64,000 nucleotides of DNA from Cyanophora paradoxa CCMP329 (GCA_004431415.1 QPMI01000565.1:3269-67268), one strand, 5' to 3'. Shown: positions 34,093 through 45,683, counted from the stretch's first letter. Notes: generated from the sequence alone by a model not told the origin. Made by a program: numbers and translations.

Positions 34093-34431
34093 CTTGCAAT
34101 TGATTGCAAGTATAAAGCCAATTCCTTTGTATATATTTTTATAGCTGCCTCAGTGGCATACTGAGACCGCTTTTGCTCAATTATCTTATAGACCTGGGGG
34201 TCCATTGCTACTATCAGTAGGCAAATAATATTTAATCGGTCTCCCTCTGGGTCTCTGCTCCTCTTTTTGGGCTTTTCTGCGATAATAGGATGCCAGGGCT
34301 TGCTGCTTTTTATACTCTCTATATTCTGGGTCCTCTCTATATCGTTTCTGCATTGCCAGAATGTGTCTTATAGACCCCTCAGTAACAGGTTTATCACTGG
34401 TAAACTCGATTAAACTAATAGTGTCCTCCAT
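34083..34431 (-). CDS. Small basic AT-hook-like protein (homolog of 8368-8715; different C-terminus, one indel)
   Basis: Near-identical to the A gene until about 34138, where A/C homology ends. Confidence 0.65.
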
Positions 34432-34687
34432 TTATATTCCCAGAGAAAACGTTTTCTGCTGGCAGAGAACTTCTCCTTGGATACTCCTGTTGCTCATATG
34501 TATACTCTGTGGGGTCTGCTGGCATTGACTCCACAGAAACTGTTGATCTCCTTCTCTCTCTTGCCTCAGATACATTATCCTCAGTATCTGACATCTCAAA
34601 CTCTATTGTTGTGTCACAGCATCCACTGTGGCAATTGCTTACCACATGCAGACTGAGCATCTCAATAAACTTTCGTATTATATCCAT
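34415..34687 (-). CDS. Small hypothetical protein (homolog of 8112-8384)
   Basis: Near-identical translation. Confidence 0.65.
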   Translation of the reverse strand: MDIIRKFIEMLSLHVVSNCHSGCCDTTIEFEMSDTEDNVSEARERRRSTVSVESMPADPTEYTYEQQEYPRRSSLPAENVFSGNINGGHY

Positions 34688-34709
34688 GTCTCTAATAAAA
34701 CAGAGAAAA

Positions 34710-35444
34710 TTAAAGCCAAACTCGTCTTTTATATACTGTGGGAGCTACTCCCTTTTCTACTTCAGCTTTAGTGGCACCAGGTTCAATGGTTCCCTTTTGG
34801 GTCTTTGTTTTCATTTCATCTACTGCTTGCTCATCGATTTGGTTCTCTTTCTTAGCAATAAACTGTTTATCTGGGACACCAGTAATGCCCATTTTATAAA
34901 CTTCCTTTCGAAGCATCTCCTTTAGCTTGGCTCTCTCTTTCTTCTCAGTCACATACTGCTCCAAGGCACTGGATTTGGCTTCCAGATCTTTGAGTTTAGC
35001 AGTCATCTCATCCCATTGAGCCTTTGGAATTCGATGAATATTTTGAGTGGGAGCAGTCTTATATGTGACTTCACCAGCCATAGACTGGATTACCTTGTCT
35101 GATTCTTTACTGAGACCCTCACCTTTGCGAGCCAGTGATAGATCTTGCAAGCCTAAACCTTTATCATCAGCAGCACCAATAATTCGCCTGGCTCCCTCAG
35201 CTACAGCCTTCATCTTTGAGGCTTCAGGTGAAATGTTGAGTTGGTCACTGGTTGAAGCCTGTGGGGCTTTGTCATCAAATGATTCCTCATAGGCAGCATT
35301 GAGGGGGTCTTCTTGTTGTTGAGAGGGCTTCACTTCATTCATACCATTGAATTTCAGTGGGTCTGTGTTAATGGATCCATTGTTTCCACCACCTGAATAG
35401 CCAACAGCCCCAGCAGGGATCCCTATTTTTCGTTTGGGAGGCAT
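34710..35444 (-). CDS. Hypothetical coiled-coil protein (homolog of 7355-8089)
   Basis: Near-identical translation with many synonymous changes. Confidence 0.75.
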   Translation of the reverse strand: MPPKRKIGIPAGAVGYSGGGNNGSINTDPLKFNGMNEVKPSQQQEDPLNAAYEESFDDKAPQASTSDQLNISPEASKMKAVAEGARRIIGAADDKGLGLQDLSLARKGEGLSKESDKVIQSMAGEVTYKTAPTQNIHRIPKAQWDEMTAKLKDLEAKSSALEQYVTEKKERAKLKEMLRKEVYKMGITGVPDKQFIAKKENQIDEQAVDEMKTKTQKGTIEPGATKAEVEKGVAPTVYKRRVWL

Positions 35445-35472
35445 TGTATCTTTATTAGAATGAGAGATAATT

Positions 35473-36255
35473 TTATAAACCGCGTTTATATCGCATCAAT
35501 TTATTGCTATGGACTTGGCTTTTCACTTCTTTAGGGGCTTCCTCTTTCTCTGGAGGTTTCAGTTCATCTTCTTTCTTTTTTGGCTTTCTGTGGAAGCGAG
35601 GAAATGGGAAATCTTTCACAAGCTCAGCTTTATCTACATAGTATTTAACTGAGTAGTTTGCAGAGGACCAAATAATATACTGATAGGAGTGAACATACTC
35701 TTCAAACATCTTGTAAAAATCCTCTTTATTTCGCATTATATTGTATTCTTCCTCTATGGCTTCCAGTTCTTTGCGATTTGCAGCACTTAAAAACATAGCA
35801 TAGTCCGAATTAACTCGAATAGTCGAAGAGACTTTCCTTAGCTTTTGTGTGATGCAGATAATGGATATTTTCGAATGGCGACCTCTGGAATACAGAGAGC
35901 CAATAATTTTATCACGAGTTAGGTCTACAATCTCATTATCTATAAGATCATCTAAAACTACACATAACTGGTTAACAGGTTGACCTTTTTCTATTTTCTC
36001 TTGCCTTTCATCTAGCAATTTAGCAATGTAAGGGGCATCCCATTTTCCCAGTTGCAATGTTGCAACTTTATCCCAGAAATGATTGAAGCTGGTTCCACTC
36101 ACAACTAATACAACATCAATCTTTTTGGCATCATGCAACTGCTTCAACCAATACTTTACAGCTTCTGATTTACCAGTTGCTGATTTTCCTATTGCCAGTA
36201 CACGAAATGGTGGCTCTATCATTTCACCAGCCACAAATTCATCCAAATCAGTCAT
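35473..36255 (-). CDS. A32/FtsK-HerA-type genome packaging ATPase
   Basis: GKSATGKS, VVLDD, SRGRH...ITQ. Confidence 0.92.
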   Translation of the reverse strand: MTDLDEFVAGEMIEPPFRVLAIGKSATGKSEAVKYWLKQLHDAKKIDVVLVVSGTSFNHFWDKVATLQLGKWDAPYIAKLLDERQEKIEKGQPVNQLCVVLDDLIDNEIVDLTRDKIIGSLYSRGRHSKISIICITQKLRKVSSTIRVNSDYAMFLSAANRKELEAIEEEYNIMRNKEDFYKMFEEYVHSYQYIIWSSANYSVKYYVDKAELVKDFPFPRFHRKPKKKEDELKPPEKEEAPKEVKSQVHSNKLMRYKRGL

Positions 36256-36320
36256 TGTTGTATATCTTTCTTAATAAAGACATATAAAAATAATGCAGGG
36301 AGACTGAATATCGTCACAAT

Positions 36321-37689
36321 CTACAAATTTATACGACGAAGCCCATCTTTGTCCAAAATTATATAGGAATGCATGAGAGCGCGAACATTAACATCGATTA
36401 CCTTATCTGAAGGCATGTACAGGGTGAGGAATGAAGAGGAGGAATTTGTTAAATCAACATAACCAGACTGGGCAATATTTCGAATTGCCTTCTCTCCATC
36501 AATGCAGAAACTTAAACCTGAAAGGACATAGCGATCAGCAACCTTATCCATGTTAGAGCATTTGAAGGCATCAGCAATTAGCTCAGCACCTTTGAGTAGG
36601 GAAATTGGCTCAGTGGCAAAAAGTCGCTGACCATTAATTTCAACAGTGAAAGTAATATCTTTGGAGTTGGCATAGGTCTTAAGAACACTGTGGGAGCCAG
36701 TGGATTTATCAACAGTTGCATTATCACGAACTGAAACAAGCAGAGCATAAACAAGACCTGAGATTTGAGAGAGGTTAATTCGATTGGGTTGGGCATTGCC
36801 CTTGGCAGGGAAAGCACTAGCATCTACAAATCCAATATCAAGGGAGGGAATAGCCATGCCAGTAGTCTTTACTTTTTCAATTACAGTAGCGAAAAGCTCA
36901 TCAGAAACATTAATAGCATGCATGTAAAGGCGAGGAGAAGTAATAGAAATGACAGGGGTTGTTGCACCAAGAGTAAAGTCTGTGATGTTTTGACCAACAT
37001 TTGCCAGAACAGTTTCAGCAGGGGCAGTTCCAAGACCATCATCTTTTGAATAATCTACATCAGCTGCTGCAACAGTAAGACCACGACCACCATAGGAAGT
37101 TTCAACATAACCCTTTCCAGCATCCTTAAACCAAACAGTAACAACCATTTCACCAGATAAAGCACCAAGGGAAGGTAGTGATTTAGCCAAGGCACAGGAA
37201 TTTCAACGAAAAATGAGCCACCAAGGCGGTTGGTTCCATGAGCAGGAATGCCATGAACCATGCCCATTGATCGCTTCTTTTTAGCTAGTTGATCCTCCGA
37301 ATAATAGACCAGGGGAAATGAGCAAGGAAATCAGATGGAATATGGTAGGTGTAAGATCCATAGGTAATTTCAAGTCGCTGAACTAAAGCACCAACTGGGC
37401 GAGTGTATCCATTGCGAACTAGGTCAGTATCACCAGCAAAAGTGATGGCTGGAAGGTCGAAAGCAAGTTCGAGTTTTCCACAGAAATTGTAGCGAGGTAG
37501 CTTGAAGGAAATGCGATTTCCAACATTATTCTCAAAAGTATTGCTGGGATTCACAACAACTAGAACTGGCTTAGACTTGGATTCGAGACCAAGCATAAGG
37601 GAGTTATCCAGGAAAAAGGCTTTCGCCTCCTCTGGGGTTGTTAGGGCTTCTTTCAGCGAAAGTCTTTGAAGAGTGGAAGTGATATCCAT
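36321..37689 (-). CDS. Major capsid protein, double jelly-roll (two indels near 37190-37315)
   Basis: Three overlapping ORF pieces join into a homolog of 4070-5434. Confidence 0.8.
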
Positions 37690-37741
37690 TATATTCTCTT
37701 TTATTATACTGCAACATAAAAATCTACCAATGATCCTTAAT

Positions 37742-38751
37742 TTATGCGAAGCTTGTAATAACTGGATAGGAAGGGTGAAGCTGCGACATTCTCATCTTAA
37801 AGTATTCATAAACTGGGTCTCCTGCTGGCTCATCACCATAGCGAATTTCAAAGGTCAGATGAACAGGTTGACCCTCAAAATCAATTGGTTCATTTACAGC
37901 ATTAACAATATCAACCGAGAAAGTGGATAATCCAACCTTTTGTTATAGTATTTATAAAGTGGATGAGCCTCTGTTGAATTGTAAACAACATGCTCACCAT
38001 AATCTTTGTCAGGAACCACTATTTTATGAAAGTAACCAGTCAGAAGACCATCCCCACATTGAACCAGATCACCCAGCTCCTTTACTCTCACAAACAAAAC
38101 ACTGTCCCTGGTCTTCTCAGGCTCAAAAGAAGATATAATGCCATTCACTCGACCATCAGTAAAGATTCCATCAGTGAGAGCATCATAAACTTGGGATTTG
38201 ATTGGGGAATTCCCATATCTTCCAGGATCAAGACCAAGCAGTCTAGCTGAACTCAATAGCTTTTGGATTGTTTGTTGGCTTGGGTTTACAGCAAGTGAGA
38301 AAGCCAGGTAAAAAGGCACTGCCGAGTGGAATATAATTCGTTTCAGTGACTCATCCCATTTGCAGCGAATGGATGGTTGGGGAGTTCTGCCAATGAATTT
38401 TGAGTTGATTACATTCACCAGCTGTTGGTGGCTTTGGATGGGGGTCTCGCGATTTACCATGAATTGTTTCCATTGTTCAAAATCAGCAGCTGGGCGAGTT
38501 GTTGGAATTCCTGAGCTTCCAGCTCCTGGAGTTTGTTCCGAATAATAAATACTAAATGTGTTATCAACTGTGACATCTCCTGCTTTGGTTTCACCACTCA
38601 CCATAGGGATGCTGTTATAAAATTCGGCTGAGACCAGTCTCACAGCCCTCACATTCTCATAACTACTGGGGAGTCGAGCCACAAAGCTTGATGTTGGACC
38701 ATCACCAGAGATTGTATTAAATGAGCTAACCTCGATGTAATCCACAGGCAT
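37742..38751 (-). CDS. Minor capsid/penton-like protein 1 (indel near 37940)
   Basis: Penton-like N- and C-terminal motifs; adjacent to MCP. Confidence 0.72.
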
Positions 38752-38780
38752 TCTTCTTTTATCTATATTTATATATTAAA

Positions 38781-39713
38781 ATGAATCGACTTGTTAATAT
38801 TGATAGCAGGGATAGAAGCCAAGGACAAAATGAAAACTCTTACAGGGTCACCCTCACAACTCCAGTAGAGAGACCAAGGGAATGTAGGGTTCTCTATGCA
38901 GAGATTCCAAACAGTATCTATAACAGTGTGGGAACTGATCATCTAACAGTTCAGTTTAATTACCAAGATGGTTCATATAACCAAGTGATCACACAACAAG
39001 TGTATCCCCTTCCCAGTGGCTACATCAATCAGGGTCATTTTGGGGTAACACACCCTTATAATTATGGGCTGAACTATTCAAGCTTCCAAACCATTGCAGG
39101 CAAAACAGTAGCTTTTGAGTTCAAGATATTCTACAATCCAACTACCTATAAAGTGGAGTTTTACAGTAATCATGAGTTTCGTTTTATTGCAAGCAACAAG
39201 CGAATAGGGAAGCTTTTGGGTGTGAGTTCTACTGAATACACCACTGGGTATTATAGCACTCCTCCTGTTGGTGGATCTCCCTATCGACCTGAGAACCTTT
39301 TAAAGTATGATGGCAAACCTATTACACCTGATCACCCAGCATGGGGAATCACCTTCTCAGGACCCAGACTCTCCTCTAAGCCCTTGCAATATTATTTTGA
39401 CAGCAGGAAGATGTCTGATATGAATGCTGAGCAGTATCTGTACATGCATATTAAAGAGCTGTCCCCCTTTGCCAGCAGACACAATATAATTCCAAAATCG
39501 CAACCACAAAACCAGGGAGCTATCCTTAGATTGCAATTGAGTAAGGATATAGGGGGCTATGTTTACCATAGTGGTGAGCATGCAGAATTTATTCAAATCA
39601 ATGACAGAAACCTGGTGATAAGGGAACTCACTGTGGAGTTTAAAGATTACTTTGGTGAACTGATTGATATGAATGGAATCGATAATTCTTTTCAGTTGGA
39701 GTTTATCGAATAA
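38781..39713 (+). CDS. Minor capsid/penton-like protein 2
   Basis: VNIDSRDR...YRVTL...AEIPNSIYN and ELTVEFKDYFGELIDMNGIDNSFQLEF. Confidence 0.78.
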   Translation: MNRLVNIDSRDRSQGQNENSYRVTLTTPVERPRECRVLYAEIPNSIYNSVGTDHLTVQFNYQDGSYNQVITQQVYPLPSGYINQGHFGVTHPYNYGLNYSSFQTIAGKTVAFEFKIFYNPTTYKVEFYSNHEFRFIASNKRIGKLLGVSSTEYTTGYYSTPPVGGSPYRPENLLKYDGKPITPDHPAWGITFSGPRLSSKPLQYYFDSRKMSDMNAEQYLYMHIKELSPFASRHNIIPKSQPQNQGAILRLQLSKDIGGYVYHSGEHAEFIQINDRNLVIRELTVEFKDYFGELIDMNGIDNSFQLEFIE

Positions 39714-41259
39714 AGGCACCTGTGAAATCAACTCTCATTGTGGGAGCATTCACATACACAAGGGGATAAATGCGAATATATTTAATTCTGAGAGAAAAAC
39801 CTATGTAAAAAGCATCCTTGATGCTGAGAGGGAACCCACTCAATAGAGCCATATCACCTGAGTTGTGAGCATTGTTAATGTTCTCACAGACATATATTTT
39901 GTTCTGCCCATCTGATCGAATAAAAGACCAGTTGATCCCATCAGTGGATGTTGCCACATTGAAAATCTTAATAAAAGCATTGGTGTCCCCTGATCCATAG
40001 GCAATCACAGAAGAGAGTTCAAAAGTATATGGGAAAGCAACTTGAAGGTATTCAGTGGGGGTTTCCCATATCTGCTCAGGAGCATAGGCTCCAGCTTCCC
40101 AGCCAAATGCTGAAGGTCTAGCCATGAAAGGCTCTTTACCAGTCACAGAGGATGAGGCAGTGAAGGCATCATCTGCAAGCTGATACCAATTAGCATCCAA
40201 AGGTGGTGATGTAGTGAGAGTGGATGAAATGTAAGCCTTTGAAGGGTTCTTTAGTTCATAGTTTGCTACTAGAAGGCTGCAAAGCTTATTGATCATATCA
40301 TTGTTTGCTGCTATGTATGTTTCTGTGAAAGAAAGCATATCTGGGATTTTAGAAGTGTCATCAAGGGAGCTTACTATATGATTTGGAAGAGGTACTGATA
40401 GCCTGTAATATCTCCCATAATCCTGATCATAGTTGTAGGGTAACAACTCCTCCATCTTATCAAGGGCAGATAGCTCACTTGCAGCCATGAGCATGTTAAT
40501 CAATGGGCTTCCATCTGTTGAGGCAATCCATGAGAGAATGCCCCAGCTGTTGACAGTCTCATAAGCATAACCCACATAATCAGACTCTAAATGTGGGTCC
40601 ACCTCTCCACAAGAGATACTTATTACTATAATGTCATCATCATCACTGTAAATCTTCTTTGCATGGCTGTAACCACACACACTGGGATTATTGTTTCCCG
40701 AAATGGCACCATCAATGAGACAGACATATACTCCCCGATTGAAATCAACAATGCTTACAGGAGAGAAATATGTAGGAGCAGCAGAAGTAGCCCTAGCAGC
40801 AATCTTACAAGGCATAAAGTTGTAATTGTTATCATTTGTGATAAATATTGGTTTCATATTCTGAGTATCAAAGGATGTAATCACAATGTCCTTTAGGGAA
40901 TCCTGTATTAGTGATTCACCAGTCACAGAATAGATTGCAGTTTCCAATGGTCCCACATCATACTTTGTGTTAAATAGGGCATTTTCAATGATATTTCGAG
41001 GATTTGCGAAAATCAAGGGCAGTTGAGTTAGGTAAATATTGTGTAAATCGTTTGCTGTCAGTTTAGGTTCACCTGGTTTATCAGGATGCCTTATATTCAA
41101 ACCTATTGCAATGATCCCACCAGTGGAAGTTCCACTCACAAGATCCACAAGATCGATTATTCTCCTGCCAGTTCGATTTTCGATTTCTTTTAGCAGCCTG
41201 GTTATGATAATGCCCCTTGCACCCCCGCCAGAAAGACTTAAAACGACCTTGAGAGGCAT
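39703..41259 (-). CDS. Patatin-like phospholipase fused to discoidin (F5/8 type C)-like domain
   Basis: GGGARG, GTSTG, ARATSAAPTYF, IDGA; C-terminal EYLQV.F...STDGINW...YIRIYP...MRVD. Confidence 0.92.
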   Translation of the reverse strand: MPLKVVLSLSGGGARGIIITRLLKEIENRTGRRIIDLVDLVSGTSTGGIIAIGLNIRHPDKPGEPKLTANDLHNIYLTQLPLIFANPRNIIENALFNTKYDVGPLETAIYSVTGESLIQDSLKDIVITSFDTQNMKPIFITNDNNYNFMPCKIAARATSAAPTYFSPVSIVDFNRGVYVCLIDGAISGNNNPSVCGYSHAKKIYSDDDDIIVISISCGEVDPHLESDYVGYAYETVNSWGILSWIASTDGSPLINMLMAASELSALDKMEELLPYNYDQDYGRYYRLSVPLPNHIVSSLDDTSKIPDMLSFTETYIAANNDMINKLCSLLVANYELKNPSKAYISSTLTTSPPLDANWYQLADDAFTASSSVTGKEPFMARPSAFGWEAGAYAPEQIWETPTEYLQVAFPYTFELSSVIAYGSGDTNAFIKIFNVATSTDGINWSFIRSDGQNKIYVCENINNAHNSGDMALLSGFPLSIKDAFYIGFSLRIKYIRIYPLVYVNAPTMRVDFTGAFIR

Positions 41260-41302
41260 CTTTTACTTATCAGGAATTTTATAAATCCATATAGTAAAAG
41301 CC

Positions 41303-44300
41303 ATGAGCTTCAATTACCCACCAAATCTAGAAACCATTCAAGATGATAATGCAAGCAGCACCAAGCATGTGAACTTTGATAATATTAAAGTAAAGGGTTC
41401 AGTTTCAATTGACCACAGCTCTGATAATTCATCAAAGACTCAATCAAGGGAGCATGCTTTATCTGTGAATCAAACCGATCCAGATAAAGAGGAGGTCAGT
41501 GTTGCTTTTAGTTTGGGTAATGTGAAAGCAAACCAAGTGGCAGAGATCAAAGCAACAAGAAGGAGACCTAGGAAACTAAAACCCAGTGGCACTCACCCAG
41601 ATATACCTTCCAGGTTCGATAGTGGTCGATTGATTTTCAATGTTCAAGATGAGCAGGGCAAACAGAACACAGCTTTGCGAATTTACAATGAGGGCAGCAC
41701 TGCAAAAGCTGAGGTCCCCCAAGTATTGCAAGTGGGTCCCATTGCCAACACAAATCAGGTCTCCTACACAAATGATGTATACCCCAAGGATATTACATAT
41801 GACTTTGCGAGGAATGAGCCTTTTGGGTTTTTTACTCCAAAAGATGTCCATCAAAAAAAGCCATCAATTACAATCAACAGTAGCCCCAGTCAACCAGTAG
41901 CAATCCATTTACATCCTGATTTAGTCGAAATGGATAGGCACCTTTTGCCTTTGTATAGCAATGTGAAAGACCTTGGAATTCGAACCAGGCAATGGCGAAA
42001 TATCCATGGCAGTAATGTGTATGCAAATGGTGAGAAGCTTGTTAGTGAGAAAACCCTAAGAGAAATCATTGAGCATTATGGTCCCAATGGACCTACTGTC
42101 CCATTCCCTATTCCATTTCCCAATGGACCACCCGATCTAACACCAAAGAAGCAGCCTGGAAGAGAATACACAGCAACTGAAGATGTAGCCTTTGGGCAGC
42201 ATATTGTTAGTTGGGAGCAAGTTCGCAATAAACCTATAATTGAACCCAGAAAGCAAATAGATGAGCAGTATTTACCTCCTGAAGTCGATATATTAGAGCT
42301 TGATGAATATCAATTCGTTCCAGATGAGGAAGAATATTTACCAGATGGTTTTGACCCACAAGAATATGAGTATGATCAATTTGACCCCAATGAGGAGGAG
42401 ATACTCCCAGATGGTTTTGACCCACAAGAATATGAGTATGAACAGAACTATGAACATGATGAGGAGTATTTACCAGATGGTCATGATCCACCAGCTGTTG
42501 ATTATGAGCAACCTTATGAACCCCATGAGGAATTGTTACCAGATGGATTTCGACCTGAGATCTGGGAGTTTTTTCCTGATTATGAACAAATTAATAATAA
42601 ACCTGCAAAGTATCCCCCAGAGGATCACAATCATGATTGGGATGAGATCTTAGGCAAACCTCAAAAGTATCCACCAGAAGATCACAGGCATGATTGGGGT
42701 GATATTGATGGGATACCTACTGAGTTCCCACCAAGCAAACATGAACACACTTGGGATGAGATCAATGACCAACCAGAATTCGCAAAGGTAGAGCCTCTTG
42801 ATAACTTGGGGGTTTCTCTTTATCAGACTTGTAATGTCCCTGAAAGAATCTTTTTGAATGAACACTATGTACATGTGAATGGGACACTTGCAAATTCAGC
42901 TATGAGAGGACCACTTCATATTAGGACATTACCAGGCTCTTTTGAAACCCCACCACCACCAGGAGCAACCATACCAAATATCTTTGTGTCAAGCTACATG
43001 GAGGCTGACATTCCCACAGATACATTCAGAGTCCCAACAGACCCAGCAACCTACCAAAATTACAACTCTGCTATACAGGTTCATGTAGCAGATGTAAGCA
43101 GCTTAGATGGCTCAAGACCAATGATAGTTTTCAGTCGAGATAAGTATTCCTACATTCCCATAGTGGGAACTGCAAATGATAATTATGGAAGGGCAGAGCT
43201 TGCATGGATTAAAACAGATTATGGTGGGGTTCTGGAAGCCAATCAAAGAATGGCTGCAAAAAACATACACAATGAGAGCATTTCGAGAGTAGTCACAGAG
43301 GATTACCTTCAAGCTCAGAACTACATAGATGAAACAGAACTAAATACAATCATTGCAGGTATAGGTATTGGTGTTACAGGCAATTACCTCCCTCTCACAG
43401 GTGGGACTATTGATGGAACAGTAACAGCATGTAACTTCTTTGTCCATACTGAAAGCAATCAAACCTTTCCTGTGGTTCATCCAGGAGGTGAGTATGAGAT
43501 ACCTGATGATCCAGCTATTATGCCCATTAAAATCGATCTCCCTTCTGATTATGTGGGAAGGGGTGAACTAAAAACCATCTCTTTCACAGGAGATTATAAT
43601 GATCTCATAAATAAACCTACTGCTGCAAATTTGCACCCTGTTGCATTTTCGGGTAGTTTCCTTGATCTTAATAATAGATCACACACCCACACAAAGGCAG
43701 AAATTATAGATTTTGCACACACTCACACCAAATCCCAGATAACAGATTTTGCTCACTTCCACACCAGAGCAGATATTACGAATTTCGCTCACACTCATGT
43801 TAAATCTGAGATCTTAGATCTCGGAAATGTTGCATATGTGGGTCACACCCATACCAAGGCAGAGATTACAGATCTTGGAAATGTTGCATATGTAGGTCAC
43901 ACCCACACTAAGGCAGAGATTACAGATTTTGCTCATACTCATGATTGGAATACAGATATATATAACAAACCAGCGATTTTCTCGGGCAACTACAATGATC
44001 TGACCAATAAACCCACCCTTGATCCCTTTACAGCAAATAATATCACTGCAAATGCAAACCTTCTCATTGGATCAGGTTACTTTCTCGATTATGACCCATA
44101 TATTATGCCTGATCCTCCTGTTATTTGGAATTTCCACAATTCAACCCTTTCTACTAACTCTATATCTTACTATCAGGATAAAACCCTACTTGTTCGTGGA
44201 AATGCATATGCAAGAGAAATGTGGGTAATGGATCCTCGAGATAACTCCAAGGTGACTAAGTTGGCACCCCAATACATGCTTGATAACCTGATTAGAAAGG

Positions 44301-44590
44301 GTATACAATCCATTACCATAACCAATCCTCAACAGATGAACAATTCAGCAACTGCAAGACCAAATTTTACTTTCACTCTCAATTGGAGTCCAGCATTTTC
44401 AACTTCACCCTCTGTTGTTACAAATATGCAAGGATTACTTGCGGATTGCACTGATCTCGGATATAAAATTGCAATTACCAACAACTCAACAACATCAACA
44501 ACAGTCAATGTACAAGTCTGGGTTGTGGGTTGGAATACACTTTACCCTACAAGCTTCACAGTATATATCCATTGGATAGCAACAGCATAA
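41303..44590 (+). CDS. Large fibre-like virion protein with acidic and HxH repeats
   Basis: EEYLPDGFDPQEYEY repeats, HxHxWDEIxGKP, repeated HTHTKAEITD, SGxYNDLxNKP, terminal IHWIATA; resembles phage tail-fibre motifs. Confidence 0.8.
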   Translation: MSFNYPPNLETIQDDNASSTKHVNFDNIKVKGSVSIDHSSDNSSKTQSREHALSVNQTDPDKEEVSVAFSLGNVKANQVAEIKATRRRPRKLKPSGTHPDIPSRFDSGRLIFNVQDEQGKQNTALRIYNEGSTAKAEVPQVLQVGPIANTNQVSYTNDVYPKDITYDFARNEPFGFFTPKDVHQKKPSITINSSPSQPVAIHLHPDLVEMDRHLLPLYSNVKDLGIRTRQWRNIHGSNVYANGEKLVSEKTLREIIEHYGPNGPTVPFPIPFPNGPPDLTPKKQPGREYTATEDVAFGQHIVSWEQVRNKPIIEPRKQIDEQYLPPEVDILELDEYQFVPDEEEYLPDGFDPQEYEYDQFDPNEEEILPDGFDPQEYEYEQNYEHDEEYLPDGHDPPAVDYEQPYEPHEELLPDGFRPEIWEFFPDYEQINNKPAKYPPEDHNHDWDEILGKPQKYPPEDHRHDWGDIDGIPTEFPPSKHEHTWDEINDQPEFAKVEPLDNLGVSLYQTCNVPERIFLNEHYVHVNGTLANSAMRGPLHIRTLPGSFETPPPPGATIPNIFVSSYMEADIPTDTFRVPTDPATYQNYNSAIQVHVADVSSLDGSRPMIVFSRDKYSYIPIVGTANDNYGRAELAWIKTDYGGVLEANQRMAAKNIHNESISRVVTEDYLQAQNYIDETELNTIIAGIGIGVTGNYLPLTGGTIDGTVTACNFFVHTESNQTFPVVHPGGEYEIPDDPAIMPIKIDLPSDYVGRGELKTISFTGDYNDLINKPTAANLHPVAFSGSFLDLNNRSHTHTKAEIIDFAHTHTKSQITDFAHFHTRADITNFAHTHVKSEILDLGNVAYVGHTHTKAEITDLGNVAYVGHTHTKAEITDFAHTHDWNTDIYNKPAIFSGNYNDLTNKPTLDPFTANNITANANLLIGSGYFLDYDPYIMPDPPVIWNFHNSTLSTNSISYYQDKTLLVRGNAYAREMWVMDPRDNSKVTKLAPQYMLDNLIRKGIQSITITNPQQMNNSATARPNFTFTLNWSPAFSTSPSVVTNMQGLLADCTDLGYKIAITNNSTTSTTVNVQVWVVGWNTLYPTSFTVYIHWIATA

Positions 44591-44615
44591 TTAAGATTCT
44601 CACACTATTACAAAG

Positions 44616-45683
44616 ATGACCTCTCTATTAGAAATCCCAAACTATGAACTTGCAGCCAAATCACTCCACAGCACCTCTCATGAAGTAGTCGACTCTACAC
44701 CCGGTTTTATTTGCACTGAAACTACAAGTAATACCTCTTTCACAGAGAACAGTATACTGAGGGTCAAAGAAATTCGATGTGATCGAAATGGAGGCAAGAT
44801 TAGAACCACAGGAATAATTATCTCGAATAAAAATCAGGTTCAAGCAGGTCAAGTAGTCCCCGATTCGTCAATATATGATAATGTGGGTGGATTCACCACA
44901 GCCCAGATAGTTACTTTTGGTAACACAAGCAATAATTCCGCTCTTGTAGTTAAGAGTGGAGGGGCATACATTGGAGATGGAGCAAATGTAGCAGGAACTG
45001 TCACAGCAAATCAATTAAATGTGAGTGGGACAAGTAGTTTTGGTGGGTATATGAATTTCAATGGTGGGCTTTCAGGGAGTATTCAGTATGGAACTCTCAC
45101 ACTTACAACAAGAATAAATACACCTGAGATTGACAACATGAGTGACACAGTCATGAATTACAAGAGGAATGGGGATACCATTCTTTCTCTTCAAAAAACT
45201 ACTCAGACAGATAACACAACTGTTCAACATCTCACACTTCCGACAAGCAAATATCTCAAATTAAGTAGCCATCCTCGTTTCTTTGCAACAAAACAGCAAC
45301 CAAATGGGTCAATAACTGCAACAATTTCCTCAATAAATATATATCCAACAACAGGAGTCATAGTGAACCAAGGAAATCATTTCGATCCTGCGACAGGGCT
45401 TTTTACTGCCCCTGTTACAGGAAACTATCTTGTCACATTTAGTGGATCCTGTTATTGGACTGGAAGAACAACTAATATTGTTACATTTTTACAGAAAAAC
45501 GGAAGCTCATCTGGAATTGAAGTGCATACTAATTATGCATCTGCATATGCAAACAATGGGTTCGAAATTATTGTAGACCTTCAAGCCAATGATTCCATCA
45601 GAATATCATATAATAGCAGTGGTGGAGGTTCTATATATTATAATATCAGATGGTTCTTTGGATGTATGCTTGTCCATTCATAA
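44616..45683 (+). CDS. Spike-like protein with C1q/TNF-like head
   Basis: RVKEIRCD / SGGAYIGDG module; NQGNHFDPATGLFTAPVTGNYLVTF...LQANDSI...FFGCML. Confidence 0.8.
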   Translation: MTSLLEIPNYELAAKSLHSTSHEVVDSTPGFICTETTSNTSFTENSILRVKEIRCDRNGGKIRTTGIIISNKNQVQAGQVVPDSSIYDNVGGFTTAQIVTFGNTSNNSALVVKSGGAYIGDGANVAGTVTANQLNVSGTSSFGGYMNFNGGLSGSIQYGTLTLTTRINTPEIDNMSDTVMNYKRNGDTILSLQKTTQTDNTTVQHLTLPTSKYLKLSSHPRFFATKQQPNGSITATISSINIYPTTGVIVNQGNHFDPATGLFTAPVTGNYLVTFSGSCYWTGRTTNIVTFLQKNGSSSGIEVHTNYASAYANNGFEIIVDLQANDSIRISYNSSGGGSIYYNIRWFFGCMLVHS

